Assembly: GCA_045403245.1 (NCBI GenBank)
Contig: JAXIOV010000034.1
Coordinates: 3,942-67,941 of the forward strand
Origin: Pyrinomonadaceae bacterium
Lineage (GTDB): Bacteria > Acidobacteriota > Blastocatellia > Pyrinomonadales > Pyrinomonadaceae
DNA length: 64,000 bases
Direction of reading: 5' to 3'
Positions 36,416 to 46,190 of this stretch are shown here, piece after piece. Under the pieces are notes generated by a model, which searched no databases, was not told the origin of the DNA, and was given only the letters and a program-made list of their open reading frames with translations. The position numbers were made by a program, and so were the translations under genes. Positions within the stretch are counted from its first letter, which is position 1. Every line of letters starts with the position of its first letter.

Positions 36416-37843
36416 CTAGCCCTTAAGAGCGCTTCCGGCCTTTTCGCGAATCCCGCTGACTTTCGCCAACGCGGCAGTCTTAGGCTTCACTTCGCCAAGC
36501 TTGTGTATGACTCGTCCTATGAACTTGATGCTCTGGAGAAAGTCATCGATTCGAATGTTTTCGTCGGGCCCATGCGGGTTTGACCCGGCGTAGCTGATGC
36601 CAAACGAAGCGACCGGCGTGGGAGGCGTCGACGCGCCGCAAACGGCGCCGACCGGCCCGCTCGAAGGATCCATCGGATAGATCATCGGCGAAACTCCATA
36701 AACCTCCGTGGCACTACTAATCACGGCCCGCGCCACATCGGAACCTGCTGAGGACTTCGCCAGCGGCGCGTTTCCCAGTTCAATAATCTCGATGTCCTTA
36801 AAGCCACGAACGTCGAGGTGCTCGCGTAGCATTTCCAGGACCAGCGCGGGCGTCAAATCAGGAACCAGCCGAAAGTCCAGACGAGCCATTGCCATGCTGG
36901 GCAGGATCGTTTTGATGCCGGCCTCGGTGTGTCCCGTTCGGATGCCGCAGATTGTGCAAGTGGGACCAAAGATGTGCTCCTTAACGAGGGCCGAACCCTT
37001 CATCGAGCGTAACCACCCTCCGATCCGAAACTCGCGCTTCAAACCGGCTTCGTCAAGCTCAATTGATTTCAGCGCCTCCATGTCTTCGTCGCTGACTGGG
37101 GCAATCTTCGACGAAAAGCCGTCAATTGTGATGACGCCTTTCGGTGAAGTAATCGTCGCCAAAGCCTGGACCAGACGCCACGCAGGATTGGGAACGATCG
37201 CTCCCCACTTTGAGTGGAGGTCGATCCGCGCGCCGTGGGCCCTCAACTCTACAAACTGAATTCCCTTGAATCCCAGACTAATTACGGGACGCTCCTTGGT
37301 GTCTTTGTAACCCTCATCCCAGATGCAGCCCTGCGCGGCAAACATGTCGGGGTTTTCCGCCGCGAAACGATAAAGACTCGGGCTGCCCAATCCATCTTCG
37401 CCTTCCACGAAAAAGCGAAGCGACACCGGCAACTTACCATATGTCTTTTGATACGCTTCCACGGCCGCAAGCCGGGCGACGAGATCGCCCTTGCTGTTTG
37501 ACGCTCCGCGTGCGTAAAGCCGGCCGTCGGTGATCGAGGCGGAAAACGGACCGGAAGACCACTCACTCAAGTGGCCGACAGGCTGCACGTCGTAGTGACC
37601 GTAAACGACGTAACTCTGGGCGCCAGCACCGCATTCACCGTAGATGATTGGATAACCGGTTCCAACCCGAAACGTGCGCGTACCAATGCCCACCCGCTGC
37701 ATCATCTGTTCGACCGTTTCCGCCATCGCGCGCATGCCCGTGCCGCGCGCGGCGACGGAAGGCATCCGGCAAAGCGCCTGCAGTCGTTCTGCAAACGTCA
37801 GTGCATGCCGGTCAATGTATCGATCGAAACGAGTGAAAATCAT
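36416..37843 (-). CDS. M20/M25/M40 family metallopeptidase (dipeptidase / ArgE-DapE-like)
   Basis: YGHYDVQPV, GASNSKGDL and FFVEGEDGLGS metal-ligand motifs; 475 aa. Confidence 0.85.
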   Translation of the reverse strand: MIFTRFDRYIDRHALTFAERLQALCRMPSVAARGTGMRAMAETVEQMMQRVGIGTRTFRVGTGYPIIYGECGAGAQSYVVYGHYDVQPVGHLSEWSSGPFSASITDGRLYARGASNSKGDLVARLAAVEAYQKTYGKLPVSLRFFVEGEDGLGSPSLYRFAAENPDMFAAQGCIWDEGYKDTKERPVISLGFKGIQFVELRAHGARIDLHSKWGAIVPNPAWRLVQALATITSPKGVITIDGFSSKIAPVSDEDMEALKSIELDEAGLKREFRIGGWLRSMKGSALVKEHIFGPTCTICGIRTGHTEAGIKTILPSMAMARLDFRLVPDLTPALVLEMLREHLDVRGFKDIEIIELGNAPLAKSSAGSDVARAVISSATEVYGVSPMIYPMDPSSGPVGAVCGASTPPTPVASFGISYAGSNPHGPDENIRIDDFLQSIKFIGRVIHKLGEVKPKTAALAKVSGIREKAGSALKG

Positions 37844-37885
37844 CTCGGGATCCAGTTACTACAGGAAGTGACCGCCAGGGTTCCG

Positions 37886-38683
37886 CTACTGAACAACCCC
37901 TTCAGCTTGCAAAGCCTCGCGTTCGAACAGCAGATAGCGTGGCTGTTCCGGAGTCCGTTCAAAAGCTGCGCAGACGAGGCCTTTATAAAATGCGGTTTGA
38001 AACTCGCCGCGCACACGCGATTGTTCCGTTTTCGCCTCGGCGGGTTTTGTCTTAACAAGCTCGGCCCAATTCCGAGGTACAGCGATCGTGACGGCTGGTC
38101 TCGCTTGGATGGTAGCAGGCGTTCCGCCGGCAAGTTCATTTACTCGACGCGTCTGAAGCTGCCAGCTGGCAAACAGCCGGTCGCTGTCGATGCCGGGTGT
38201 CAGGCCCTGCGCTGTCGGGCTGCTCGGGTAGTCGGTGCCGTAGAAGTTGGCGGCGTAACTACTAACAGTGACCCCCAGCCGGTTTAGATTGAAGTGGGCA
38301 TTTCGAGCCTGCATCGGATCCCAGGTCCACTTGATAAAGCTCCTGCCTTCGGACAGCACATGGGCTCGCTGGCTCCATTTCAGCAGTGCGCCCACGCCTT
38401 TGTTCTGGTATTCCGGTGCGACGGCCATCATGTGCGAATAACCAAAAATCTCATTACCATTGCGAATGGCCGCCAGGTGGTGAACAAACCCAACAATCGT
38501 TTCGCCGGCAAAGGCTGCCAGCGTCCAGCCCCCGGCCTCACAACTTACAATCAAATGCCGGCGCGGAGAAATCTCCAGATCTGGAAGTCCAAACACTTCC
38601 CTCTGCAACCTGACGCAACTATCAAACTCTTCAATGGTCGCACATTCGCGGACTACGATTTCATCCATCGTGGTGGGGGTCAT
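37886..38683 (-). CDS. GNAT superfamily acetyltransferase-like protein
   Basis: MMAVAPEYQNKGVGALLK contains the Q/R-x-x-G-x-G/A acetyl-CoA loop. 265 aa with a second domain. Confidence 0.6.
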   Translation of the reverse strand: MTPTTMDEIVVRECATIEEFDSCVRLQREVFGLPDLEISPRRHLIVSCEAGGWTLAAFAGETIVGFVHHLAAIRNGNEIFGYSHMMAVAPEYQNKGVGALLKWSQRAHVLSEGRSFIKWTWDPMQARNAHFNLNRLGVTVSSYAANFYGTDYPSSPTAQGLTPGIDSDRLFASWQLQTRRVNELAGGTPATIQARPAVTIAVPRNWAELVKTKPAEAKTEQSRVRGEFQTAFYKGLVCAAFERTPEQPRYLLFEREALQAEGVVQ

Positions 38684-39540
38684 GCCTTAGGTCCGGCTGG
38701 CAATTCAATCAACATGCGCAGTCCGCCTGACTCACGATTTTCCAGAGTGACCTTGCCTTTCATCACTTCGAGCAAACGACGTCCTATGATAATACCGAGC
38801 TCATTCAGATCGGTTTTCCCCGCCCGCGGCGCTTCTACAGGATCGAAAACTCGCAACAGGTCCTTCACCGGCTCCCCTTCATCTTCGATTCTGACTCGGA
38901 GAGTTACCGGCTCCACCATGTCCGCGTAGACATTCACACTCTGGCCCTCGCCGCTGCGGCTCACCGCCCAGGCGAGAAACGTATAGAGAGTTTGTCGCAG
39001 TCTGCCCTGGTCGGAAACGATAGTATCGACATCGGGGGCCAGCTCACAATCAATCTTTACCTGGTTCTTGACTGCCTGTCGACTGACAGCCGCGCAAGTC
39101 TGGCGCAGCGTTTCGCGTACCGGAAACTCATGCAGGAAAATCTCTGCCGGACCCGCCTCGAGCCGTGACAAATCCACGAGTTGATTAAGGCTCGTCAGCA
39201 GCTGCATTCCCGAGTTTTGAATTTTCTGACAGAAGCGCTGCTGAGTTTCGGAGAGCTTTTCCTGGTCCAGCAAGATTTCCGTAAAACCCAGTATCGAGGT
39301 CAACGGTGTGCGTAACTCATGCGACATTCGCGCCAGAAAAAGTGAACGATAATGTGAAACGTGACGCAACTCCCGGTTGGCTTCTTCGAGGGCAGCACTT
39401 CGTTGCTGCAACTGCTCGATCAGGTGAGCCACTCGCGCGTCGTTAGTATTTTCGCTTCCGGCGGTCTCGTGGTTTGCCGGCTCGTCCCGCAATATTTTTG
39501 TCGTCATGAAAAGATGATCGAGTGCCGGCCGATTGACCAC
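38680..39540 (-). CDS. Soluble sensor histidine kinase
   Basis: H box MSHELRTPLTSILGFTEILLD and a C-terminal ATPase-like domain. No TM helix. A 4-nt overlap with the downstream GNAT gene. Confidence 0.8.
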   Translation of the reverse strand: MVNRPALDHLFMTTKILRDEPANHETAGSENTNDARVAHLIEQLQQRSAALEEANRELRHVSHYRSLFLARMSHELRTPLTSILGFTEILLDQEKLSETQQRFCQKIQNSGMQLLTSLNQLVDLSRLEAGPAEIFLHEFPVRETLRQTCAAVSRQAVKNQVKIDCELAPDVDTIVSDQGRLRQTLYTFLAWAVSRSGEGQSVNVYADMVEPVTLRVRIEDEGEPVKDLLRVFDPVEAPRAGKTDLNELGIIIGRRLLEVMKGKVTLENRESGGLRMLIELPAGPKA

Positions 39541-39740
39541 TCAGGCGGTTCGCTCGAGTAATCAATCGCCAGCGTCTCGACTAATCAGCTTCTTTCGCTG
39601 TGCGCCTTATTGTTTCGGGAAGTTCAATATAAGACTGCACCGGATGAGTGTCAAAGCCTTGCTTCTTTTTTAACTAAATCGTGCGTTATCATGCTGTGCC
39701 AGGTTGTTTCACACCTGCTCAGGGCCGAGCTATCAAACGA

Positions 39741-41237
39741 ATGAAAGGCGTTCTTACAGATCAACCACTCACGGAACTCGTGCGCGAGGTCGCAACCAAG
39801 GGCCTGTCCGGAACCTTGCGACTTGAGCATAACCGCGCGAAAACAGCGATTTATTTTGAGGAAGGTCAGGTCATCTTCGCCGCTTCAAATGTCCGCACCT
39901 TAAGACTGCGCGAGTATCTGCGAAAACGAGATCTGGTTTCGGAGAAAGAATTGGCCACCATGGGAGATGTTCCGGATCTCAAGCTGGCGTCCCTGCTGTG
40001 CGGAATTGGCAAGCTCCAACAGGACAGCGTTGATGCGCTGTTCGCGACTATAGTGTCTGACACGTTACTGGTCGCCCTGCTCTGGACTGAGGGCAATTGG
40101 CACTTCGACGAGCGTGCCCATTTTAACGAGACTATTCGAGTAAAGGTCGACATGCCGAGTCTGCTTAGAGAAGCTGCGCAGCGAATGCCCTTGAAGTTTA
40201 TTTCCTTGCGTTTTCTCAATCCGAAAGAGGTCATCACCCGCGCTCAGGGAACGCCGCTTGGCAACAGTTTCACTCCGTCCGAGGGTTTTCTGCTGTCGCG
40301 TCTTGACGTGCCTGTGAAGCTGGAAGAACTGGTTGCAATCAGTGGCTTAAGAGATCTCGAGGCCTATCGAGTGATCTATGGTCTTGCTTTGAGCGGTCAC
40401 CTGCAACGCGAATACTGGCACAATGCATTTCGATCCGCGGCGCCTAAGGCTACAAAGTTGAAACCCGAGACCAAACCGGCGCTGGAAACCCCGGAGCCCG
40501 AACCCAAACCGCCAGACGACCGTGAAAAAGTGGAGGCTTTTCTGGAACGGCTGAGCAACGCCACCGACTACTACGAAGTTATCGAACTTCCTCCAACGGC
40601 CGAGGCCAATGAGATCAAGAAGGCCTACTACATGTTGGCGCGACTCTACCATCCCGACAGATTCCACTTCCAGTCAGGGACGCCGATCCATGCCCGGATC
40701 AGTTCCGCGTTCGCGAGGATTACCCAGGCATACGAAACGCTCACCGATGCGAAGGCTCGCGCCGCTTACGACGCCTCGCTGAAACGGACCCGCAAGTTTG
40801 CCGAAGCAGCCTCAAAGGCGAGTAAGAAAACGGAAACCGAACCTGGAACAGAGTCCTCCGCCCAGGCAGGCGAAGCTGAACAGCATTTCCAGGAAGGATT
40901 GACGGCGTTCCAGGAAGGGTTGGTCAGCGCGGCCGTCACGCACCTGGCAATTGCTTCGCGGATGGCGCCGGATGAGGCCCGCTACCGGGCAAACTATGGC
41001 CGGGCACTCGCTGCCAGCGCGCCAACCCGCAGGCTGGCGGAAAGCGAGCTCCTGGCGGCCGTAAAACTCGAACCGTCCAGCGCGGCCTATCGGATATTGC
41101 TTGCGGAGTTGTACATTGAGCTCAAATTTCCGCGGCGTGCCCAGACCGAGTTGGAGCGGGCGCTGGCTCTCGATCCCAACAACGCCAGTGCGCGCGCGCT
41201 GTTGCGAAAGTTGCCGGGTTCCGGCAAGACCGGATAA
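39741..41237 (+). CDS. DUF4388 (PATAN-like) / J-domain / TPR protein
   Basis: The N-terminal LSGTLRLEHNRAKTAIYFEEGQVIFAASN is DUF4388-like. The central J domain is DYYEVIELPPTAEANEIKKAYYMLARLYHPDRF. C-terminal TPR repeats follow. Start at ATG 39741. Confidence 0.8.
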   Translation: MKGVLTDQPLTELVREVATKGLSGTLRLEHNRAKTAIYFEEGQVIFAASNVRTLRLREYLRKRDLVSEKELATMGDVPDLKLASLLCGIGKLQQDSVDALFATIVSDTLLVALLWTEGNWHFDERAHFNETIRVKVDMPSLLREAAQRMPLKFISLRFLNPKEVITRAQGTPLGNSFTPSEGFLLSRLDVPVKLEELVAISGLRDLEAYRVIYGLALSGHLQREYWHNAFRSAAPKATKLKPETKPALETPEPEPKPPDDREKVEAFLERLSNATDYYEVIELPPTAEANEIKKAYYMLARLYHPDRFHFQSGTPIHARISSAFARITQAYETLTDAKARAAYDASLKRTRKFAEAASKASKKTETEPGTESSAQAGEAEQHFQEGLTAFQEGLVSAAVTHLAIASRMAPDEARYRANYGRALAASAPTRRLAESELLAAVKLEPSSAAYRILLAELYIELKFPRRAQTELERALALDPNNASARALLRKLPGSGKTG

Positions 41238-41267
41238 TAATCTGCATTGGATTTTCAGAAAGGTTGA

Positions 41268-41942
41268 ATGTCAAAACTCCACGAGACTGCTAAGGAGCGA
41301 TTGGCCCGGGAGGCCTATCTCCAACTCGCCGAAGCGGCGGACCAGTTTGAGCAATACCCGCATCCGCACGCTGTTCGCATCGCCGCGATTGCCGACGCGA
41401 TCGCTGAAGCGTTTCTTCTCGCTGAGCATGATCGGAAATCACTTCTAACTGCGGCCCACATGCACGACCTCGGCGAAGTTTCGATGGAAAGAGACTACAT
41501 TCAACGAGCCGGGTCGCTGACGGATGAAGAGCGTATCGACTTGTCTCGTCATCCTGTAGTTGGAGAACAGGAAGCCGCCCGGGCAAGTGCCGATCGCGCG
41601 GTGCAGTTGCTGGTTCGCTGGCATCATGAATGGTGGAATGGGTGCGGTTATCCCGACGCGTTGAGGCGGACTGAGATTCCACTGGGCGCCCGAATCCTGC
41701 GCCTCGCGGATTCCTACGCCGCGCTGACTGACGCCCGCCCATATCGACCGGCGCTGACTGAGGTAGAAGCGAAAGAACAGATCATCGAGCACGCAGCAAT
41801 CGAATTCGATCCGGCAGTAGTGGAAGCCTTTCTCGCGCTCGGCGATCTCGCCGAGTTGCGATCATTTGCGACCCCGGAAGAACCGGTTGCCGCACCTCCA
41901 CCAGACGAGGGCTGGACTCTTTTTTCATCGTTTGTGAAGTGA
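41268..41942 (+). CDS. Stand-alone HD-GYP domain protein (putative c-di-GMP phosphodiesterase)
   Basis: HMHDLGEV (HD) and HHEWWNGCGYPD (HHExxDGxGYP-like) motifs, with no receiver or other sensor domain. Confidence 0.85.
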   Translation: MSKLHETAKERLAREAYLQLAEAADQFEQYPHPHAVRIAAIADAIAEAFLLAEHDRKSLLTAAHMHDLGEVSMERDYIQRAGSLTDEERIDLSRHPVVGEQEAARASADRAVQLLVRWHHEWWNGCGYPDALRRTEIPLGARILRLADSYAALTDARPYRPALTEVEAKEQIIEHAAIEFDPAVVEAFLALGDLAELRSFATPEEPVAAPPPDEGWTLFSSFVK

Positions 41943-42901
41943 AGGAACTCTTAGTGACCTACATCTCGACCACAACATTCCCCAATGGCTGGTTAGGCTT
42001 TGAGCTAAACGTGCTTCGCCGGTTGAAATTCTCCTCCATCGCGCTGCCCTTCACCGGCGAACCCGACATGTGTGTTCAACTGAAGCATTGGAAAGTCAGA
42101 GTGGCGGCAAACGACCCGATGACCTGGGCATTCACGAAAGCCACCGCGCTGGTTGAAAACAACTCCGAAAGGCTCACCGAAGACGAAGTTGTTTCGGTTA
42201 TTGAAGATGCTTATGTGCCGCGTGAGCGGCTCGACAACCCGTCGCTCCGAAATTGGTTCAATGAAACCGACGCCTGGTGGTTTGATAATGTTCGGTTTAA
42301 TGCCGAGCGGCTTACCACCCCTTTCCGGCGCTCGCTTGCATTGACGCTCGGGATGATGGTTGGGGACTACGTTTTGTCTTTTACTGATGAAAGCCGGCAC
42401 TTGCGCGAGCCGCTCTCTCTGTCGCGCGTTTTCTGCCGGATGGCAGACATCATTCCCTTTCCGCACGACACCTCACTGCGCAGCAAGGCCTCTAATCAGG
42501 ACGTCCGTGCATTCGTGGCTGAGCGCCGCCACACTGATCTGTTGTTTCTGCGATTGCCGGTGCCTACTCAAACAGAGTCACTGCAGCAATCGCCACAGGG
42601 TTGGCGTGAAGAATGGCTGCAAGGCGGCAATGACTTCTGGGAGGACCTGGAAACAAAACGCGCCGGCAGGCTTGGGTCGCGGGTGCAAAGCAAACAGCAG
42701 TATCTGAGGCTGGTGGAAGACTTGCTGCACACCGCCGCTCACCTCCCCGCCTGGGCCGTGGCCCACACTGAAAACGGCTTCATCACCACCGAAGAACTCG
42801 TGGAGACGATCGGTCGCGTGCGCAAAGTTGACGCCATCTACTCGAAGGATTTTTCGGACTTGCTTGGCGTGCGCACTTCGATTATCACCGCTGAAGGTTA
42901 A
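41939..42901 (+). CDS. Protein of unknown function, possibly a degenerate Dam-like (D12 class) methyltransferase fold
   Basis: There is a 4-nt overlap with the HD-GYP gene. NGWLGFE...LPFTGEPDM sits where Dam has WAGGK...EPFxGxG, and LLFLRLPVP sits where (D/N)PPY is expected. Alignment was by eye only. Confidence 0.55.
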   Translation: MKELLVTYISTTTFPNGWLGFELNVLRRLKFSSIALPFTGEPDMCVQLKHWKVRVAANDPMTWAFTKATALVENNSERLTEDEVVSVIEDAYVPRERLDNPSLRNWFNETDAWWFDNVRFNAERLTTPFRRSLALTLGMMVGDYVLSFTDESRHLREPLSLSRVFCRMADIIPFPHDTSLRSKASNQDVRAFVAERRHTDLLFLRLPVPTQTESLQQSPQGWREEWLQGGNDFWEDLETKRAGRLGSRVQSKQQYLRLVEDLLHTAAHLPAWAVAHTENGFITTEELVETIGRVRKVDAIYSKDFSDLLGVRTSIITAEG

Positions 42902-42930
42902 CCTAACCCGTCAAACACCTTGAAGGATTT

Positions 42931-43674
42931 CTATGCGGCCGGATCTGCAATCAGGCGATACCCAACGCCGCGCACGGTCAGGAGATGGATTGGATTGGAA
43001 GGGTTGTCTTCTATGTACTTTCTGAGCCGGACGATGAAGTTGTCGATTGCCCGCGTGTCGGTGTCTTCGTCGAGATCCCAGACGTCTTCCAGAATCGCCT
43101 TGCGCGAAACCACTTTCCCCTCGTGCTTGATCAGATAGCGCAACAACTGCGCCTCCATCAAAGTCAATCGGATTGTCTGCTGGGGAGTTCGCAGTTCGAG
43201 GTTCGCGAAATCGATGGTGCGCCCTTTGAAACTGAATTCCTCAGGGTCTGCCTCGACCGGCGTGGTCGCGGCTGGTGTCTCATTGGTTTGGTCCTGGTGA
43301 AACCACTCACGGCGGCGAAGCAAGGCATTGAGACGAGCCAGGAGTACTGCCAGTTCGAAAGGCTTCGGCAGGTAATCGTCTGCCCCGGACTCGAAGCCCC
43401 GCAGCACGTCTTCGGGACGCCCGCGCGCAGTCAACATCAACACCGGCATGAAATTGCCGGCGGCCCGAAGTTCGGACGCAACCACAAAGCCGTCTTTCCC
43501 AGGCAACATGATATCGAGCACCAACACGTCGAAGCGCCGCTGCTCTTCCAACAATAAAGACAAAGCGGTTTCGCCGTCGCTGACGGTCTCGACCGTGAAT
43601 CCCTCGGCTTCCAGGTTGAACCGCAAGCCATCAGCAAGGTGCCGCTCGTCCTCGACTACCAACACAGCGCTCAT
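42931..43674 (-). CDS. OmpR-family response regulator
   Basis: Receiver domain (VLVVEDE...DVLVLDIMLPGKDG...KPF) plus a winged-helix C-terminus (LTLMEAQLLRYL...VRGVGYRL). Start at MSAVLVVED (43674). Confidence 0.9.
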   Translation of the reverse strand: MSAVLVVEDERHLADGLRFNLEAEGFTVETVSDGETALSLLLEEQRRFDVLVLDIMLPGKDGFVVASELRAAGNFMPVLMLTARGRPEDVLRGFESGADDYLPKPFELAVLLARLNALLRRREWFHQDQTNETPAATTPVEADPEEFSFKGRTIDFANLELRTPQQTIRLTLMEAQLLRYLIKHEGKVVSRKAILEDVWDLDEDTDTRAIDNFIVRLRKYIEDNPSNPIHLLTVRGVGYRLIADPAA

Positions 43675-43678
43675 CGCA

Positions 43679-44575
43679 TCATGCTCTCGGAAGTTGGATG
43701 GTAAAAGTACTGCCCTGTCCGGGACCTTCGCTCTCGGCAAAAACGCGTCCGCCGTGTTTCTCAATCACTGAACGTACGATAAACAGTCCGAGGCCCGTAC
43801 CCTTCACTCGTGCCATGAAACGTCCCGGCACCCGGTAAAACCGCTTGAAGATGCGCTTCAATTGCGTGGCAGGGATGCCGATGCCGCGGTCTGCAATCCT
43901 GACGGCCACTTGCTTAGCATCAATCGCCTCAACCTCGACGGACAGCTTCACCGACTGGTCCGAATACTTGACCGCGTTGTCGAGCAGATTTGAGACGGCG
44001 GCGCGTAATTCCTCAGCATCACCGGCGACTCGAGCGGGTTGGCCGTCGAGCGATTCCCGGTAGGTTAACGAATCCGGTCCAAGGTTGTAGCGCGTGCGGG
44101 CAATGTCGAGACACTCGCCTACCATCTCCGGGACATCAACTATGGTCAGGTTTATTCGTCTTCGTCGTTGTCCGGTACTGCCGGCACGCAGAACCTGCTG
44201 CACGGTCTGTAATAGTCGTTCGTTGTCAGCCAGCATCACATCGTAGAAACCCTGGCGTTGGCTTTCGGAGAGATCGCGCGTCTTTAGTGTTTCGAGATAA
44301 AGGCGAATGGAAGCAAGGGGCGTCTTCAATTCGTGGGTGACCGCGTTAATGAAAGCATCATGCTGTTCATTGCGGCGTATCTCGCGAATCAAAAAGGTGG
44401 TGTTGATGACAAGCCCGAAGATGATCAAGAGGAAGAAGATTATGCCAAAGACAAGCAGCGCCACCTCGCGCCAGTTGAGGATTATCCAACCAACATTCAG
44501 CGCTGTAGCCACGGCCACCAGGCTGGCACCCAACGTGATGAAAAAGGCTACCGACTTGCGGCGACCGACAGACAT
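43679..44575 (-). CDS. Membrane sensor histidine kinase with a minimal two-helix input region
   Basis: Two TM helices are separated by a very short loop and run directly into the H box VTHELKTPLASIRLYLETL. N, G1 and G2 boxes are present (GTGLGL). Confidence 0.9.
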   Translation of the reverse strand: MSVGRRKSVAFFITLGASLVAVATALNVGWIILNWREVALLVFGIIFFLLIIFGLVINTTFLIREIRRNEQHDAFINAVTHELKTPLASIRLYLETLKTRDLSESQRQGFYDVMLADNERLLQTVQQVLRAGSTGQRRRRINLTIVDVPEMVGECLDIARTRYNLGPDSLTYRESLDGQPARVAGDAEELRAAVSNLLDNAVKYSDQSVKLSVEVEAIDAKQVAVRIADRGIGIPATQLKRIFKRFYRVPGRFMARVKGTGLGLFIVRSVIEKHGGRVFAESEGPGQGSTFTIQLPRA

Positions 44576-44694
44576 ACGATGATTCTAAGGGATGACGGCG
44601 CAAGGATGAAGGATGAAACGGCATGCCGCCCTGGAAACTACCCGATTGAGGCCTCGAGACCAGTCCGTGGGAGGCGCAGACCGGCCCGTCTCTT

Positions 44695-45582
44695 CTAAGC
44701 CGCTTTTTTTAGAAGTTGCAGGTCCTCGGCTTGATTTATCTGTTGACTGCTGATGAGCCTGATTTCGCGAGCCAGTCGCAGCGCCTTGAGACCGCGAATA
44801 CCCCACCAGTTAACGTCGATCTCATACCATTTCAGACCGTGTCGCGCCGCTCTCGGAAAGGCGTGGTGGTTGTTGTGCCAGCCTTCGCCAAAGGTCAGCA
44901 AGGCGACCCACCAGCTGTTGGTCGAGTCGTCACTAGTTTCAAAACGGCGGCTTCCCCACATGTGGGTGGCGGAATTGACGAGCCAGGTGAAATGCAGACC
45001 AACGGTGACCCGCAGGAAGACTCCAACAAACATCATCGACCAGCCACCAAGTAACAGCAGACCAATTCCACAAACTACCAACGGCACAAAGTAGAGCCGG
45101 TTCATCCACAGGTGAACAGGATCTTTCATCAGGTCAGGAGCGTACCGGCGCATCACAGCGTCATCGTGTTGTTGCGCGGTGCCACGGAGTATCCAGCCCA
45201 TGTGCGACCACCAACCTCCGTCGCGCGGCGTGTGCGGGTCGCCCAACGCATCGGTGTTCGCATGATGAATGCGATGAGTAACTACCCAATTGATGGCGCC
45301 GCCTTCAAGCGCTAACAGTCCACAGAATGTCAGAAAGTATTCCACCACTTTTGGTGTTTTATAGCCGCGGTGCGTGAGCAACCGGTGAAAGCCCATGCCG
45401 ATGCCAAGACTGCCTGAAACCCACCACAGAACGAGTGTGACTGGCACTACTTTCCAACTGAGCATGAAGAGCGAAGCGATCGCGCCGATATGAAAGATGA
45501 TCATGAAAATTGTAGTGTTCCACATGATCGCGCCGCGTTTATTAAGATTGCTGGAATTATTGTTCATCCAAACCCCCATCAA
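44695..45582 (-). CDS. Acyl-CoA (stearoyl-CoA delta-9 type) fatty acid desaturase
   Basis: The three His boxes are HRLLTHR, HRIHHANTD and HNNHHAF, within four TM helices. Confidence 0.9.
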   Translation of the reverse strand: MMGVWMNNNSSNLNKRGAIMWNTTIFMIIFHIGAIASLFMLSWKVVPVTLVLWWVSGSLGIGMGFHRLLTHRGYKTPKVVEYFLTFCGLLALEGGAINWVVTHRIHHANTDALGDPHTPRDGGWWSHMGWILRGTAQQHDDAVMRRYAPDLMKDPVHLWMNRLYFVPLVVCGIGLLLLGGWSMMFVGVFLRVTVGLHFTWLVNSATHMWGSRRFETSDDSTNSWWVALLTFGEGWHNNHHAFPRAARHGLKWYEIDVNWWGIRGLKALRLAREIRLISSQQINQAEDLQLLKKAA

Positions 45583-46190
45583 ATTCCCGGCACCGGCTTA
45601 TTGCCAATGCCTGCTAAACCATCCTAACAACTCCTAAACCCTGAGGTTGTAATACTTGTGTAAGGGGGTAGATCCAACAAACTTCAATCACGAGTGTTCG
45701 CGAAATACAACCTTATTGAATCAAAGCCGGTTGTGGGTATCCCCAACAAGAGCGGGAGGGAGGGTCGAGATTATTGGGATTGTGTGACCTGCGTGGTTGG
45801 TGCGCCGGTTTCGAGTAAACGAGGTCATTACAACGGATATGACCTTCCCCACTCAATTTGTTTTGACTTTGCGTCGTCTCATGATTATCAAACCGACCAC
45901 TATGCACGGGCGCATAGTGTCCTAACCACCCATGGGCGCTTAAACTTGCACCAACCCTCAAGATAGTGCATTATTTTGTTGTTACTCCTTCTCTCCTGCA
46001 TCAACGGTGATGCGCCACGCCTGTCTGATTGGCTTCGGCGTTTTTAGATGGTCGAGAGCGGGCAATGAAAATCTGAAGAAGCTGCTCAAAAGAGCCCGAA
46101 CCCCGGGCCTTCGCTGCGACCGTTCTCCGAAGCCACCTTTGATTCGAAGCTTCTCTTTATGCTCCAAGCGAGCAAGGAAAACTGACAGAT

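Noticed and set aside
37571-38929. Plus-strand ORFs 37571-38287 (238 aa) and 38294-38929 (211 aa).
   Set aside because: They are antisense to the M20, GNAT and kinase genes and cross those gene boundaries. Their sequences are low-complexity and Arg/Pro-rich.
42985-43557. 190-aa plus-strand ORF.
   Set aside because: It is antisense to the clearly recognisable OmpR-family response regulator.
45583-46190. Searched the 608-nt desaturase/RRM divergent spacer for a known ncRNA (6S, SRP, RNase P, tmRNA, riboswitch cores).
   Set aside because: I could not recognise any conserved core motif of these RNAs by eye. Only generic hairpins were seen, so the region is reported only as part of the desaturase module finding.
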